A stretch of 43,694 nt of DNA from Alphaproteobacteria bacterium (GCA_046759605.1 JBHICL010000001.1:1-43694); one strand, 5' to 3'; positions 1-10,377 are shown, numbered from the stretch's first letter. The notes: generated by a model from the letters alone, not told the origin. Numbers and translations are program-made.

Positions 1-5
1 CGCCA

Positions 6-983
6 TCAGGCGGCAACCTCCATGGGACCATAGAACGCGTCGATGAGCTCGCGCACCCGCCGCGGGTCCATCGTGTTGTTGACCGCAGCCCTGAACGTCG
101 CAGCGCCGGGTCGCCCGTGCGCGTACCAGCCGACGTGTTTCCGTGCCGCGCGGACGCCTGTCTCGAGGCCGTAGTGCCGCAACGTGTCCTGATAGTGCTC
201 CTCCAGGGCCCGCCGCTGCACGGCCGCCGGTGGATCGGCGAGACGGCGGCCCGTGCGCAGGAACTCGGCCACCTGAGCCAGAAGCCAAGGCCGGCCCTGG
301 CAGGCGCGTCCGATCATGACGCCGTCGGCCCCCGAGACCTCGAGGCATCTGGCGGCGTCGTCGGCGCCGCGGATGTCGCCATTGGCGATCACAGGCACGG
401 ACACCGCATCCTTCACCTCGCCGATGAAGGCCCAGTCGGATGCGCCGTCGTACAGCTGGCAGCGCGTCCTGCCGTGCACCGTGATCATGCGGACGCCGCA
501 CGCCTCGGCCATCCGGGCCAGGCGCGGGGCATTGCGATGGTTGTCGTCCCAACCCGTGCGCATCTTCACCGTGACCGGGATGGAGACGGCCTTCACCACG
601 TGCTCCATGATGCGGAGGGCCAGCGATTCCTCGCGCATGAGGGCCGAGCCGGCCTGTCGGCCTACGACTTTCTTCGCGGGACAGCCGAAATTGATGTCGA
701 TGAAGCTGGCGCCGCGGTCCTCGTTGATCCGCGCCGCCTCGGCCATCACCTCGGGCTCGGTGCCGGCGAGCTGGACCGCAACCGGCAGCTCCTCGGCGGC
801 GATCCGCGCCTTTCTAAGCGACTGCCTCGTACGCCGGATGAGCTCGCGGCTGGCGACCATCTCGGAGACGAGCCAGCCGGCCCCGAACCACTTGACCCGT
901 CGGCGAAACGGCAGGTCCGTGATTCCCGACATTGGCGCCAGACCAACCGGGCTCTCGAGGGTTATCGGGCCAACCTTGATCAT
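6..983 (-). CDS. dusB: tRNA-dihydrouridine synthase B (DusB/NifR3 family)
   Basis: 325-aa ORF with Dus-family TIM-barrel motifs in the translation (LAPMSGITDLPFR, IDINFGCPAKKV, VTVKMRTGWD, ITVHGRTR). Its TGA (6-8) overlaps a minus-strand ATG (4-6) of a gene that runs off the window. Confidence 0.9.
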   Translation of the reverse strand: MIKVGPITLESPVGLAPMSGITDLPFRRRVKWFGAGWLVSEMVASRELIRRTRQSLRKARIAAEELPVAVQLAGTEPEVMAEAARINEDRGASFIDINFGCPAKKVVGRQAGSALMREESLALRIMEHVVKAVSIPVTVKMRTGWDDNHRNAPRLARMAEACGVRMITVHGRTRCQLYDGASDWAFIGEVKDAVSVPVIANGDIRGADDAARCLEVSGADGVMIGRACQGRPWLLAQVAEFLRTGRRLADPPAAVQRRALEEHYQDTLRHYGLETGVRAARKHVGWYAHGRPGAATFRAAVNNTMDPRRVRELIDAFYGPMEVAA

Positions 984-1082
984 AATTTGAGCAAAGTGTC
1001 GTGGTGATCAATGCTTGAGCAGAAGCTAGCGCCTTGCGGAGTCGCGCGCAACGGCCCAGGGACAATTGCTAACGGACCGGCT

Positions 1083-1886
1083 TCACGCCAGCAGCACGTC
1101 GGTGACGAACTTCACCCCCGGAAAGGCCAGGGTCAGCAGAAGGTAGGCGAGCAGCACCAGCCGCGCCGCGCGGCGGCCGCGAACGCCGGTGCGGAGGTGG
1201 GCGAGGAGAAGCAGCCCGATGACCGCAAATGTCGTCAGCGAGAACAAGGTCTTATGGTCGAACTCCAAAGGCGTGCCCGAAACCAGATACTGGGTCGCCA
1301 TGCCGGTGAGCAGACCCAGCCCGAGCACCAGCTCGCTGCCGCCGAGCAGCCTGACCTGGAGACTTTCGCCGTCCGCGACCGATGGCAGCAAGCGCGAAAG
1401 CGCCGTCGGCTGCCGGGTCCTCACCGCCCGTTCCTGGAGCAGCACCGCCAGCCCGGCGACCGCGGCCAGAGTCAGCAAGGCATAGGTGAGCACCGAGACG
1501 GCGATGTGCGCCTGGAGCCACGCGGCGGGCGCGAGCCCCGTGAGCGGCCGCTCCGGGGCCGAGGTCCAGATCGTGGCCAGCGCGCCCAGAAGGACCAGAT
1601 AGGGCAATAGCAGCGGCGCCAGACGTCGGGCCCCGGCGGTGACCACGGCCAGGGCCGCGAACACCACCATGGTCGCGGCGATGCTCACCCACAGGGTGGC
1701 GCCGAAACCGGTGCGCCAGGCGCCCACGTTCATGAGGAACGACAACACCAGGGGCCCGGCGACGGCGACGGCGACGAGCACCCAGAAAACGCGTCCCCGC
1801 TCCCCCGGCTTCCTGAACGGCGCCAGGATGGCCGCCGGCAGGAGGGTCGCAAGCGCCGTGAGGTTCATGACAAGGCTAGTGTTCAT
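1083..1886 (-). CDS. cytochrome c assembly family (CcsA/YpjD-like) polytopic inner-membrane protein
   Basis: Very hydrophobic ORF with multiple predicted TM helices. The family call is from recollection of YpjD-like proteins. The start is ambiguous: ATG at 1886 or 1868, and the ORF is open to 1940. Confidence 0.55.
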   Translation of the reverse strand: MNTSLVMNLTALATLLPAAILAPFRKPGERGRVFWVLVAVAVAGPLVLSFLMNVGAWRTGFGATLWVSIAATMVVFAALAVVTAGARRLAPLLLPYLVLLGALATIWTSAPERPLTGLAPAAWLQAHIAVSVLTYALLTLAAVAGLAVLLQERAVRTRQPTALSRLLPSVADGESLQVRLLGGSELVLGLGLLTGMATQYLVSGTPLEFDHKTLFSLTTFAVIGLLLLAHLRTGVRGRRAARLVLLAYLLLTLAFPGVKFVTDVLLA

Positions 1887-2036
1887 CTCGCACTTCGCCG
1901 CGCCGATGGACGATGGGGCGCCAGCGGCCTCACTTAGCACAGTCGCCTTGGCATTGGTATCGGCGACATTTAGGCTGCGGAACGAACGACCTCTGGCTCG
2001 GCTCCGCGGCCGGCGTTATCGGGCGCGTATCCGGAC

Positions 2037-2555
2037 ATGACCGACCCCTCGAGCGGCACGAAGACATCGGAAGAGATCTCGTTCTTCCACCCGGCGACGC
2101 TTGTGGCGACCTGGTTCGGACTCGGCCGGCTGCCGGTCGCGCCGGGAACCTGGGCCTCACTGGCCGCCCTGCCCATCGCGGCCGGCATCGTCTGGATCGG
2201 CGGCCCGTGGCTGCTTTCGGCCGCCATCGTGGCGGCGGCTCTGGCAGGCGCCTGGGCCGCGGGCCGCTACGCCGAGGCGATGCACGCCCGCGACCCGAGG
2301 GCCGTGGTCGTCGACGAGGTGGCGGGACAGTGGCTGGCCCTGCTGCCGCTCAGCCTCGACTGGCGATACTACGTCGCGGCATTCGTGGCTTTTCGACTGT
2401 TCGATATCCTGAAGCCCTGGCCTTGCCGGCGGCTCGAGCGGCTTCCCGGCGGCGCGGGCATCATGGCCGACGATATCGCCGCCGGCGTCTATGCGGGAGC
2501 GCTTGTCTGGGTGCTGGGCCGGTTGCTGTCGCAATTTCTCGGCTCGCCCTCCTGA
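2037..2555 (+). CDS. pgpA: phosphatidylglycerophosphatase A
   Basis: 172-aa ORF with PgpA-like motifs FHPATLVATWFGLGRLPVAPGTWASL, DEVAGQW and FRLFDILKPWP. Confidence 0.85.
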   Translation: MTDPSSGTKTSEEISFFHPATLVATWFGLGRLPVAPGTWASLAALPIAAGIVWIGGPWLLSAAIVAAALAGAWAAGRYAEAMHARDPRAVVVDEVAGQWLALLPLSLDWRYYVAAFVAFRLFDILKPWPCRRLERLPGGAGIMADDIAAGVYAGALVWVLGRLLSQFLGSPS

Positions 2556-2572
2556 CAGCGCTCGGAAATACC

Positions 2573-3067
2573 ATGTTCGACAAAGGGTTACTGGAAGAAG
2601 CAAAGGAAGTGCTCGAGCTGTGCCGCCGTGGCGACGTGCGCCTCGCGACGGCTGAATCCTGCTCCGGCGGACTCATTGCCGCGTGCCTCACGGAAGTTCC
2701 CGGGGCATCCGATGTGTTCGAGCGCGGCTTCATTACCTACTCGAACGCGGCCAAGACGGAGCTTCTGGGCGTGCCGGCGATGCTTATCAACCTTGAAGGC
2801 GCGGTGAGCGAGCGGGTCGCCCGGGCCATGGCGGAGGGTGCGCTGGTCCGCTCGGCGGCGGACATCGCGGTGGCGGTCACCGGGATCGCCGGACCGTCGG
2901 GCGGCACGCCGGAGAAACCGGTCGGGCTCGTGCATCTGGCGTGCGCCGGCACCGGGCGACCGACCCGGCACCGAAGCGAAATCCTGCCCGGTAGCCGGGC
3001 CGCGATCCGCGACGCGACGGTCGTCGCCGCATTCGCCATGTTGCGGACGATGCTGACGGGGCGCTAG
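2573..3067 (+). CDS. cinA: CinA C-terminal domain protein / nicotinamide-nucleotide amidohydrolase (PncC-like)
   Basis: ATG at 2573 in the frame of track ORF 1913..3067. Motifs ATAESCSGGLIAA and AVTGIAGPSGG are typical of the CinA/PncC domain. The upstream part of that ORF overlaps pgpA in another frame and is Arg/Gly-rich junk. Confidence 0.85.
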   Translation: MFDKGLLEEAKEVLELCRRGDVRLATAESCSGGLIAACLTEVPGASDVFERGFITYSNAAKTELLGVPAMLINLEGAVSERVARAMAEGALVRSAADIAVAVTGIAGPSGGTPEKPVGLVHLACAGTGRPTRHRSEILPGSRAAIRDATVVAAFAMLRTMLTGR

Positions 3068-3531
3068 GCCGGTTTGGGCTCGGCGGACACGTCGCCGGGC
3101 GGGCCATATATATCGGCGGCGCGGTGCTCGAAGGCGCGCACCATCCGCGTTACGGCCTCGTGGAAAAGAACGCCGATAAGTTTCTGTAAAACAAGGGATC
3201 GGAACTCGAAGTCCACGTAGAAGTCGATCTCGCAGCGGCCATCGGGAAGCGGCACGAAGACCCAGTGGTTCTTCAGGTACTTGAGCGGCCCGTCCACGTA
3301 CTCCACGTCGATGCGCTCGGGTCGAGTCATGGTCACCCTCGAGGTGAAGCGCTCGCGGATGAACTTGAAGCCGATCACCAGGTCCGACCAGACCACGTTG
3401 CCCTCGCGCCGGCGGTTGCGGGCGGCGATGCACCACGGCAGGAAGTCCGGATACCTCTCGATATCGACCACGAGGTCGAAGAGCTGCTCGGCGCTGTAGG
3501 GCAGCACGCGCTTTTCGGCGTGGCTCGGCAC
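3064..3531 (-). CDS. ratA: SRPBCC/START-fold protein, RatA / COQ10-like (ubiquinone-binding family)
   Basis: 155-aa ORF. N-terminus (RVLPYSAEQLFDLVVDIERYPDFLPWC) and size fit the RatA/COQ10 family. It sits immediately downstream of lipA, as is common in alphaproteobacteria (recollection). Confidence 0.75.
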   Translation of the reverse strand: MPSHAEKRVLPYSAEQLFDLVVDIERYPDFLPWCIAARNRRREGNVVWSDLVIGFKFIRERFTSRVTMTRPERIDVEYVDGPLKYLKNHWVFVPLPDGRCEIDFYVDFEFRSLVLQKLIGVLFHEAVTRMVRAFEHRAADIYGPPGDVSAEPKPA

Positions 3532-3536
3532 CGCGC

Positions 3537-4487
3537 CTACTCCGCGGCGGTACCGGCGAGCCGAGCTTCGCGCGCCGCGCGCAGCTTCAGGAAGGCGTCA
3601 CCCGCGTGATAGCTGGAACGGGTGAGAGGCGAGCTCGCGACCATCAGGAACCCCTTGCCCCGCGCCAGCGCGGCGTACTCGTCGAACTCCTCCGGCGTCA
3701 CGAAGCGGTCGATGGCCGCGTGCTTGGGCGTCGGCTGCAGATACTGCCCGATGGTGAGGAAGTCGACGTCCGCCGCGCGCAGATCGTCCATCACCTGAAG
3801 CACCTCCTCCCGGCCCTCGCCGAGCCCCACCATGACGCCGGACTTGGTGAAGCCCCCCGGCAGGCGCCGCTTCATCTCATGGAGCAGGTTGAGGCTCGTG
3901 AAGTAACGCGCCCCCGGGCGGATCGACGGATAGAGCCGCGGCACGGTCTCGAGGTTGTGATTGAAGACGTCGGGCGGCGCGGCCGCGACGACGTCGACGG
4001 CGCCGGGCTTGTCCTTGAAGTCGGGTGTGAGAATCTCGATGGTCGTGCCCGGCGAGGCTGCCCGGATACGCCGCACCACTTCGGCGAAGTGCCCGGCGCC
4101 GCCATCGGGCAGATCATCCCGATCGACCGATGTAATGACCACGTGGCTCAGACCCAGGGCGCCCATGGCCACAGCCACGTTCGCGGGCTCCCGGGGATCG
4201 AGGGGCAGCGGCCGGCCGGTGGCCACGTTGCAGAAGGCGCAGGCGCGCGTGCAGGTGTCGCCCAGGATCATCACGGTGGCGTGCTTCTGGGCCCAGCATT
4301 CGCCGATGTTGGGGCAGGCCGCCTCCTCGCAGACCGTGTGCAGCCGGAGCTCACGCATGAGCCGGCGCACCTCGTGGTACTCCCGCGAGACAGGCGCCTT
4401 GACCCGGATCCAGGGTGGCTTGCGCTGGATCGGGTTGTCGGGACGATTGCGCTTTTCCGGGTGACGGAGCCCGGCTGCCTCGCTCAT
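3537..4487 (-). CDS. lipA: lipoyl synthase
   Basis: Auxiliary cluster motif [13 protein letters not shown] and radical-SAM motif [10 protein letters not shown]. Start chosen at ATG 4487 ([12 protein letters not shown]...). The ORF is open to 4550, but that would overlap the lpdA 3' end. Confidence 0.95.
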   Translation of the reverse strand: MSEAAGLRHPEKRNRPDNPIQRKPPWIRVKAPVSREYHEVRRLMRELRLHTVCEEAACPNIGECWAQKHATVMILGDTCTRACAFCNVATGRPLPLDPREPANVAVAMGALGLSHVVITSVDRDDLPDGGAGHFAEVVRRIRAASPGTTIEILTPDFKDKPGAVDVVAAAPPDVFNHNLETVPRLYPSIRPGARYFTSLNLLHEMKRRLPGGFTKSGVMVGLGEGREEVLQVMDDLRAADVDFLTIGQYLQPTPKHAAIDRFVTPEEFDEYAALARGKGFLMVASSPLTRSSYHAGDAFLKLRAAREARLAGTAAE

Positions 4488-4518
4488 GAGCTTCCCACGC
4501 ATGGCCTCTCGCCGCAGG

Positions 4519-5931
4519 CTAAAAGTGGAGGGCGCGCCCGTAGGCGTCAAGGACCGCCTCGTGCATCATCTCGCTCAATGTCGGATGCGGGAACACCGCC
4601 TCCATGAGCTCCGCCTCCGTCGACTCCAGTGTCCTGGCGACCCCGTAGCCCTGGATCAGTTCGGTCACCTCGGCGCCGATCATGTGGGCGCCCAAGAGCT
4701 CGCCCGTCTCCGCGTCGAACACGGTCTTCACCAGGCCCTCGGGCTCGCCCAGGGCGATCGCCTTGCCGTTGCCGACGAACGGGAAGCGCCCAACCTTCAC
4801 CTTGTGGCCGTTCTCCTCGGCCTGGCGCTCGGTCAGCCCGACCGAGGCCACCTGGGGGCGGCAGAACGTGCAGCCGGGGATGCGTGTGGTGTCCAGCGGG
4901 TGCACGGCGTTGAGCCCCGCGATCTTCTCGACGCAGACCACGCCCTCGTGCATGGCCTTGTGGGCCAGCCATGGCGGCCCGGTGAGGTCGCCGATGGCGT
5001 AGACGCCCGGCTCACCGGTCTCGCCCCACTCGTTGATCGCCACGTGGCTTTTCTCGACCCGGACCTTCGTGCCCTCGAGACCGATGTCCTCGACGTTGCC
5101 GACGATGCCGACCGCGAGGATCGCCCGGTCGACTTTGAGCTCGAAGGTCTTTCCGCCATCCTCGACGGTCGCGGAGACGCTGTCCTTGCCCTTCTCGAGC
5201 TTCGTCACCGAGACCCCGGTGTGGATCGCCATGCCCTGCTTCTCGAACGCCTTGTGGGCGAACGCCGAAATCTCTTCGTCCTCCACCGGCAGGATGCGGT
5301 CCAGGATCTCCACCACCGCCACCTCGGCGCCCAGGTCGCGATAGAAAGACGCGAACTCGATGCCGATGGCGCCGGAGCCGATGACCAGCAGCGACTTGGG
5401 CATGGTCTTCGGCACCATGGCTTCGGTGTAGGTCCACACGAGCCTGCCGTCGGGCTCGAGGCCCGGGAGCGTGCGCGCCCGCGCCCCGGTGGCGAGGATC
5501 ACGCGGCCGGCCGTGAGCTCGGCCACCGCCTTGCCGTCCTTGGCGACGGCAACCTTGCGGGCGTCGGCCCCGCCTCCGGCGAGACGGCCATGACCGTCGA
5601 ATACGGTCACCTTGTTCTTCTTGAGGAGGTACCCGACACCGCGGCTGAGCTGTTTCGCCACGTCGCGGGAGCGCTTCACCACCTTGCCCAGGTCGAAGGA
5701 CACGCCGTTCACCTTGAGGCCGAATTGATCGGCGTGGGCCATGGTCTGATAGAGCTCGGCCGTGCGCAGCAGCGCCTTCGTGGGAATGCAGCCCCAGTTG
5801 AGACAGATGCCGCCAAGGTGCTCGCGCTCGACGACGGCCGATTTCATGCCGAGCTGCGCCGCCCGTATGGCGGCCACGTAGCCGCCGGGTCCGCCGCCTA
5901 CGACGACCAGGTCGAAGCTGTCGTTCGCCAC
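4519..5931 (-). CDS. lpdA: dihydrolipoyl dehydrogenase (E3)
   Basis: FAD motif [10 protein letters not shown] and redox disulfide [10 protein letters not shown]; 470 aa. GTG start at 5931 preceded by AGGAGGAGAGG. Confidence 0.95.
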   Translation of the reverse strand: MANDSFDLVVVGGGPGGYVAAIRAAQLGMKSAVVEREHLGGICLNWGCIPTKALLRTAELYQTMAHADQFGLKVNGVSFDLGKVVKRSRDVAKQLSRGVGYLLKKNKVTVFDGHGRLAGGGADARKVAVAKDGKAVAELTAGRVILATGARARTLPGLEPDGRLVWTYTEAMVPKTMPKSLLVIGSGAIGIEFASFYRDLGAEVAVVEILDRILPVEDEEISAFAHKAFEKQGMAIHTGVSVTKLEKGKDSVSATVEDGGKTFELKVDRAILAVGIVGNVEDIGLEGTKVRVEKSHVAINEWGETGEPGVYAIGDLTGPPWLAHKAMHEGVVCVEKIAGLNAVHPLDTTRIPGCTFCRPQVASVGLTERQAEENGHKVKVGRFPFVGNGKAIALGEPEGLVKTVFDAETGELLGAHMIGAEVTELIQGYGVARTLESTEAELMEAVFPHPTLSEMMHEAVLDAYGRALHF

Positions 5932-5973
5932 GCCTCTCCTCCTGTCGGTTCCCGGGAAGCGTCCGGCCGCCGC

Positions 5974-7308
5974 CTAGAGCAGCATGGCCAGCGGGTCCTC
6001 GATGAGCTTCTTGAAAGCGGCCAGGAACTCGGCGCCGACCGCGCCGTCGACCACACGGTGGTCCACCGAGACGGTGCAGGACATCACGGTCGCGATCGCG
6101 AGCGCCCCGTCCTTCACCACCGACCGCTTCTCGCCCGCACCCACGGCCAGGATACAGCCCTGGGGCGGATTGATGATGGCGCCGAACTCCCGCACGCCGA
6201 ACATGCCCAGGTTGGAAACCGAGAAGGTGCCGCCCTGGTACTCCTCGGGCAGGAGCTTGCCTTCGCGCGCCCGGCCCGACAGCTCCTTCATCTCCTGGGA
6301 GATCTCCCTGAGCCCCTTGGCGTCCGCGGCGCGGATGACCGGGGTCACGAGCCCCCCTTCGATGGCCACGGCCACCGAGATATCCGCCCGGAGGTAGCGC
6401 TTCGTCCCCTCCTCCGACCACGACGCGTTGGCCGCCGGAACCTGACGGAGCGCCAGCGCCGCGGTGCGGATCACGAAGTCGTTCACCGACAATTTGTAGG
6501 CGCCGTCGGCGCGGTCGTTGAGCTCCTTGCGGATCTCGAGAAGCCGGTCGATTTCGCAGTCCATCGTCACATAGAAATGCGGGACCGTCTGCTTGGCTTC
6601 GGTCAGGCGCCGCGCGATGATCTTGCGCATCGTCGTGTGCGGCACCAGCTCGAACTCGGGCTCGCCGACCATCGGAATCTCGGTTGCCGGGGCGCGCGCG
6701 ACCGGAGCCGGAGCCAGCGCCGGGGCCGCCACCGCCGGAGCCGCGACCTGGAAAGCCTCGATGTCGGCCCTGACGACGCGGCCGTGTGGGCCCGTGCCCT
6801 TCACCTGTGCGAGATCGATGCCGGCCTCCTGCGCCATGCGGCGGGCCAGAGGGCTCGCGAAGATGCGGCCATCGCCGTCGCTGGGCGGCGAAACGGGCGC
6901 GGGAGATGGTGTGGGCGCTATCGGCTGCGCGGGAGCCGCCGGCGCCGCCGGGGCGGCGGCGGGGGTGGGAGCGGCAGGCGCCGGGGCCGGCACGGCCTCC
7001 GCCGCGGGAGCACTGGCTGGCTGTGGCGCCGCCGTCTCGAACCCGGCCAGGGCCGAGGGGTCCTCCCCTTCCTCGAGCACCACCGCGATCGGGGTGTTGA
7101 CGGCCACGCCCTCGGTGCCCTCGTCCACCAGGATCTTGCCGAGCACGCCGTCGTCGATGGCTTCCACCTCCATTGTGGCCTTGTCGGTCTCGATCTCCGC
7201 GATCACATCGCCCGAGGACACCTCGTCGCCCACGGACTTGAGCCACTTCGCCAGCGTGCCCTCGGTCATCGTTGGCGAAAGCGCCGGCATCAGGATCTCT
7301 ATGGGCAT
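5974..7308 (-). CDS. pdhC: pyruvate dehydrogenase complex dihydrolipoamide acetyltransferase (E2)
   Basis: N-terminal lipoyl domain ([17 protein letters not shown]...[10 protein letters not shown]), Ala/Pro linker, E3-binding segment and catalytic DHRVVDGA. ATG 7308 is preceded by AAGGGGGAA. Confidence 0.93.
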   Translation of the reverse strand: MPIEILMPALSPTMTEGTLAKWLKSVGDEVSSGDVIAEIETDKATMEVEAIDDGVLGKILVDEGTEGVAVNTPIAVVLEEGEDPSALAGFETAAPQPASAPAAEAVPAPAPAAPTPAAAPAAPAAPAQPIAPTPSPAPVSPPSDGDGRIFASPLARRMAQEAGIDLAQVKGTGPHGRVVRADIEAFQVAAPAVAAPALAPAPVARAPATEIPMVGEPEFELVPHTTMRKIIARRLTEAKQTVPHFYVTMDCEIDRLLEIRKELNDRADGAYKLSVNDFVIRTAALALRQVPAANASWSEEGTKRYLRADISVAVAIEGGLVTPVIRAADAKGLREISQEMKELSGRAREGKLLPEEYQGGTFSVSNLGMFGVREFGAIINPPQGCILAVGAGEKRSVVKDGALAIATVMSCTVSVDHRVVDGAVGAEFLAAFKKLIEDPLAMLL

Positions 7309-7319
7309 ACGGTTCCCCC

Positions 7320-8705
7320 TTACGACCGGTAGCAAGCGGCCTTGGCCGCCGCGACAACCCCCTCGGTCTGCGGGATCGCCAGCCGCTCGAGATTCGCGGC
7401 GTATGGCATGGGCACATCGGCGCCCGTCACACGAGCCACCGGTGCGTCCAGCCAGTCGAAGGCCTGCTCCATCATGAGCGCCGCGATCTCGGCGCCGATG
7501 CCCGCGTAAGGCCAGCCCTCCTCGACAGAGACCAATCGGCTGGTCTTCCTGACCGACGCCACGATGGTCTCGGTATCCAGAGGCCGCAACGTCCGCAAAT
7601 CGATCACCTCGGCGCTGATGCCCTCCGCCGCCAGCACTTCGGCGGCCTCGATCGCCCGCTGCACCATCAGCGAGAACGAGACGATGGTCACATCGCTCCC
7701 CTCGCTGAGGACCCGGGCCCGGCCCAGCGGCACGGTGAAGTCGTCGTCCGTCGGCACCTCGAAGCTTTGGCCATAAAGGATCTCGTTCTCGAGGAACATG
7801 ACGGGGTTCGGGTCGCGGATCGCCGACTTGAGGAGGCCCTTGGCGTCCGCCGCCGCGTAGGGAGCCACGACCTTGAGAAACGGGCAGTGCGCGTACCAGC
7901 TGCTGTAGTCCTGGGAGTGCTGGGCGGCGACGCGCGCCGCCGCCCCGTTGGGTCCGCGGAACACCACGGGGCAGTTCACCTGGCCCCCGGACATATAGAG
8001 GGTCTTGCCGGCCGAATTGACGATCTGGTCGATGGCCTGCATGGCGAAGTTGAAAGTCATGAACTCGACGATCGGCTTGAGGCCGGCAAAGGCGGCGCCG
8101 ACGCCGACGCCGGTGAAGCCATGCTCGGTGATCGGCGTGTCGATGACCCGCCCGTCGCCGAACTCGTCCAACAGACCCTGGCTCACCTTGTACGCGCCCT
8201 GATACTGGGCCACCTCCTCGCCCATCAGAAACACTTCCGGGTCGCGCCGCATCTCCTCCGCCATGGCGTCACGCAGGGCCTCGCGCACCGTCAGAGTGGT
8301 CGTGGGTCCCGTGTACTCGGCCTCGGCCGGAGAGACCATGGCGGGCGCCGGCGGCGCCGTCACGGCGGCTGGGGGCTCCGCGGCCGGGGGCGGCGTCGGC
8401 TCAGCCGGCGCCGGAGCCGGTGCGGTCGTCGCGGTCGCCGCCTCGACGGCACCCGCCTCCTCGCCGTCGCCGAGAAGAACGGCGATCGGCGTGTTCACGG
8501 CAACGTTCTCGGTGCCCTCGGCCACGAGGATCCTGCCCAGGATACCCTCGTCCGCGGCCTCCACCTCCATCGTCGCCTTGTCGGTCTCGATCTCGGCGAT
8601 GACGTCGCCGGAGGACACCGCGTCGCCTTCGGCCTTGAGCCATTTCGCCAGCGTTCCCTCGGTCATCGTGGGCGAAAGCGCCGGCATCAGAACCTGGATC
8701 GGCAT
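7320..8705 (-). CDS. pdhB: pyruvate dehydrogenase E1 beta subunit with N-terminal lipoyl domain
   Basis: 461 aa: a lipoyl domain ([10 protein letters not shown]) and Ala/Pro linker fused to a transketolase-like E1-beta core ([16 protein letters not shown]...). This architecture is typical of alphaproteobacteria. Confidence 0.95.
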   Translation of the reverse strand: MPIQVLMPALSPTMTEGTLAKWLKAEGDAVSSGDVIAEIETDKATMEVEAADEGILGRILVAEGTENVAVNTPIAVLLGDGEEAGAVEAATATTAPAPAPAEPTPPPAAEPPAAVTAPPAPAMVSPAEAEYTGPTTTLTVREALRDAMAEEMRRDPEVFLMGEEVAQYQGAYKVSQGLLDEFGDGRVIDTPITEHGFTGVGVGAAFAGLKPIVEFMTFNFAMQAIDQIVNSAGKTLYMSGGQVNCPVVFRGPNGAAARVAAQHSQDYSSWYAHCPFLKVVAPYAAADAKGLLKSAIRDPNPVMFLENEILYGQSFEVPTDDDFTVPLGRARVLSEGSDVTIVSFSLMVQRAIEAAEVLAAEGISAEVIDLRTLRPLDTETIVASVRKTSRLVSVEEGWPYAGIGAEIAALMMEQAFDWLDAPVARVTGADVPMPYAANLERLAIPQTEGVVAAAKAACYRS

Positions 8706-8758
8706 CCCTCTCCCCGTTCAGGAAAATCGTCTCCGGGCCCGCTCGGATCGGGGCCTGG

Positions 8759-9805
8759 TCACGCCTGGACCAACACGTCCGCGTACAGCTCGGCCGGGTC
8801 GGGCTCGGGGCTGTTCTGGGCGAACTCCGTCGCGTCGGTGATGACGGCTTTCACATGCCTGTCGATTTCCTTGAGCTTCACCTCGTCGGTGTGACCCGCA
8901 TCGACGATCATGCTCTTGAGCGTCTCGATCGGATCCTTTTCCGATCTCATCTTCTGCACCTCTTCCTTCGAACGGTACTTGGCCGGGTCCGACATCGAGT
9001 GGCCGCGGTAGCGGTAGGTCAGCATCTCCACGATGTACGGTCCCTTGCCGCCGCGCACGTAGCCCACCGCCTTGTTCGCGGCCGTGCGGACGGCGAGCAC
9101 GTCCATGCCGTCCACCTGCTCGCCCGGAATGCCGTATGGCGATCCCCTGCGGTGGAGGTCGGTCGACGCCGAGGCCCGCTCGATCGAGGTCCCCATCCCG
9201 TAGCGGTTGTTCTCGATGATGTAGACGACCGGCAGCTTCCAAAGGGCGGCCATGTTGAAGGCCTCGTGCACCTGACCCTGGTTCACGGCGCCGTCGCCGA
9301 AATAGGTGAGGCACACGCCGTTGTCGCCACGGTACTTGTGGGCGAAGGCGATACCCGTGCCCAGGGGCACATTGGCGCCGACGATTCCGTGGCCGCCGTA
9401 AAAGTTCTTCTCCTTGGAGAACATGTGCATGGAGCCGCCCTTGCCCTTGGAGTAGCCGCCGCGCCGCCCCATGAGCTCGGCCATGACGCCGCGGGGATCC
9501 ATGCCTGAGGCCAGCATGTGGCCATGGTCGCGATAGGTGGTGATGACCGTATCCTGCGGCTCGAGCGCGGCCTGCATGCCGACCACCACTGCCTCCTGGC
9601 CGATGTACAGGTGGCAGAACCCGCCAATGAGGCCCATGCCGTACATCTGCCCGGCCTTCTCCTCGAAGCGCCGGATCAGCAGCATTTCACGGTAGTAGGA
9701 GAGAAGCTCCTCGGCCGTATGGGCGCTCGCGCCATTACCGGCCTTCCTGTTCCGAGACCGGCCCGTCCGCGCCGTCCTCGAGCTCCGTTGTCCAACGGTA
9801 GCCAT
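8759..9805 (-). CDS. pdhA: pyruvate dehydrogenase E1 alpha subunit
   Basis: TPP-binding motif GDGAVNQGQVHEAFNMAALWKLPVVYIIENN. Start chosen at ATG 9805 because AGGAGG lies 6 nt upstream. The ORF is open to 9865. Confidence 0.93.
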   Translation of the reverse strand: MATVGQRSSRTARTGRSRNRKAGNGASAHTAEELLSYYREMLLIRRFEEKAGQMYGMGLIGGFCHLYIGQEAVVVGMQAALEPQDTVITTYRDHGHMLASGMDPRGVMAELMGRRGGYSKGKGGSMHMFSKEKNFYGGHGIVGANVPLGTGIAFAHKYRGDNGVCLTYFGDGAVNQGQVHEAFNMAALWKLPVVYIIENNRYGMGTSIERASASTDLHRRGSPYGIPGEQVDGMDVLAVRTAANKAVGYVRGGKGPYIVEMLTYRYRGHSMSDPAKYRSKEEVQKMRSEKDPIETLKSMIVDAGHTDEVKLKEIDRHVKAVITDATEFAQNSPEPDPAELYADVLVQA

Positions 9806-10026
9806 CCCACCTCCTCGAGAAACTGCCGCCCGGGGGGCCAGTTCATCGCGCAAGACGGCGGTCAAGATGGATCACAGGTAGGGGAGCTGGCGCGGGGAGG
9901 CAAGGCGCATGGGCGCGAAAAATGTTGACAAATTAGACAAATAGAGAGAATTAACTAGAATTCAGTTAATCACCCTCGACACCGCAAAAACATCCGTACA
10001 GGAATTCGTCACCACATAGAACAATG

Positions 10027-10377
10027 TTACCTCAAGGGGAGCGCGCCGGTGGAAAGTCGGTCGCGGGCGTCGCGAAGAATAATGATCTCCTCCGGGTGGG
10101 CGACGTTGAGCATCGCCCTGGCCCGCTCCTCCAGCATATCGGGATCGAGGTTGTCCGGCCGCAGCAGCCGCACACGGGCTTCGATGCGCCCGCGCTCGGC
10201 CTGAAGCTCCGCGCGCCGGTCCTTGGCAATGGCGATATTGGCCTTCAGCTTGGTGTACGCGATGAGGCCATGGTTCCCCTGGACGAGGTGATAGGAGAAG
10301 TAGCCGATCAGGAGGGCGCCGAGGACCGGCGCCACCGCCTGTCGCACCCTCGAGCGGATCTCGTGCAGGACCGCCAT
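10027..10377 (-). CDS. ftsB: septum formation initiator family protein (FtsB/DivIC-like)
   Basis: 116 aa with an N-terminal TM (VLGALLIGYFSYHLV) followed by a coiled-coil segment. It lies directly upstream of pdhA, as in many alphaproteobacteria (recollection). Confidence 0.75.
   Translation of the reverse strand: MAVLHEIRSRVRQAVAPVLGALLIGYFSYHLVQGNHGLIAYTKLKANIAIAKDRRAELQAERGRIEARVRLLRPDNLDPDMLEERARAMLNVAHPEEIIILRDARDRLSTGALPLR

Noticed and set aside
1-8. Minus-strand ATG at 4-6 overlapping the dusB stop (ATGA), possibly the start of an ntrB-like gene
   Set aside because: Only two codons are inside the window, so it cannot be called as a feature.
1913-2572. N-terminal 220 codons of track ORF 1913..3067
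   Set aside because: This part overlaps pgpA in another frame and is Arg/Gly-rich. CinA homology begins only at ATG 2573.
4486-7417. Very long ORFs 4486..7332 (+, 948 aa) and 5012..7417 (-, 801 aa) across the lpdA/pdhC region
   Set aside because: They are antisense or off-frame to genes with unmistakable enzyme motifs. Their translations are Arg/Gly/His/Pro-rich low-complexity sequence, typical of stop-poor alternative frames in high-GC DNA.
9925-9930. Consensus TTGACA on the plus strand in the ftsB-pdhA spacer as a promoter
   Set aside because: It points antisense into the 3' end of ftsB, with no plus-strand gene downstream. The relevant genes are on the minus strand.
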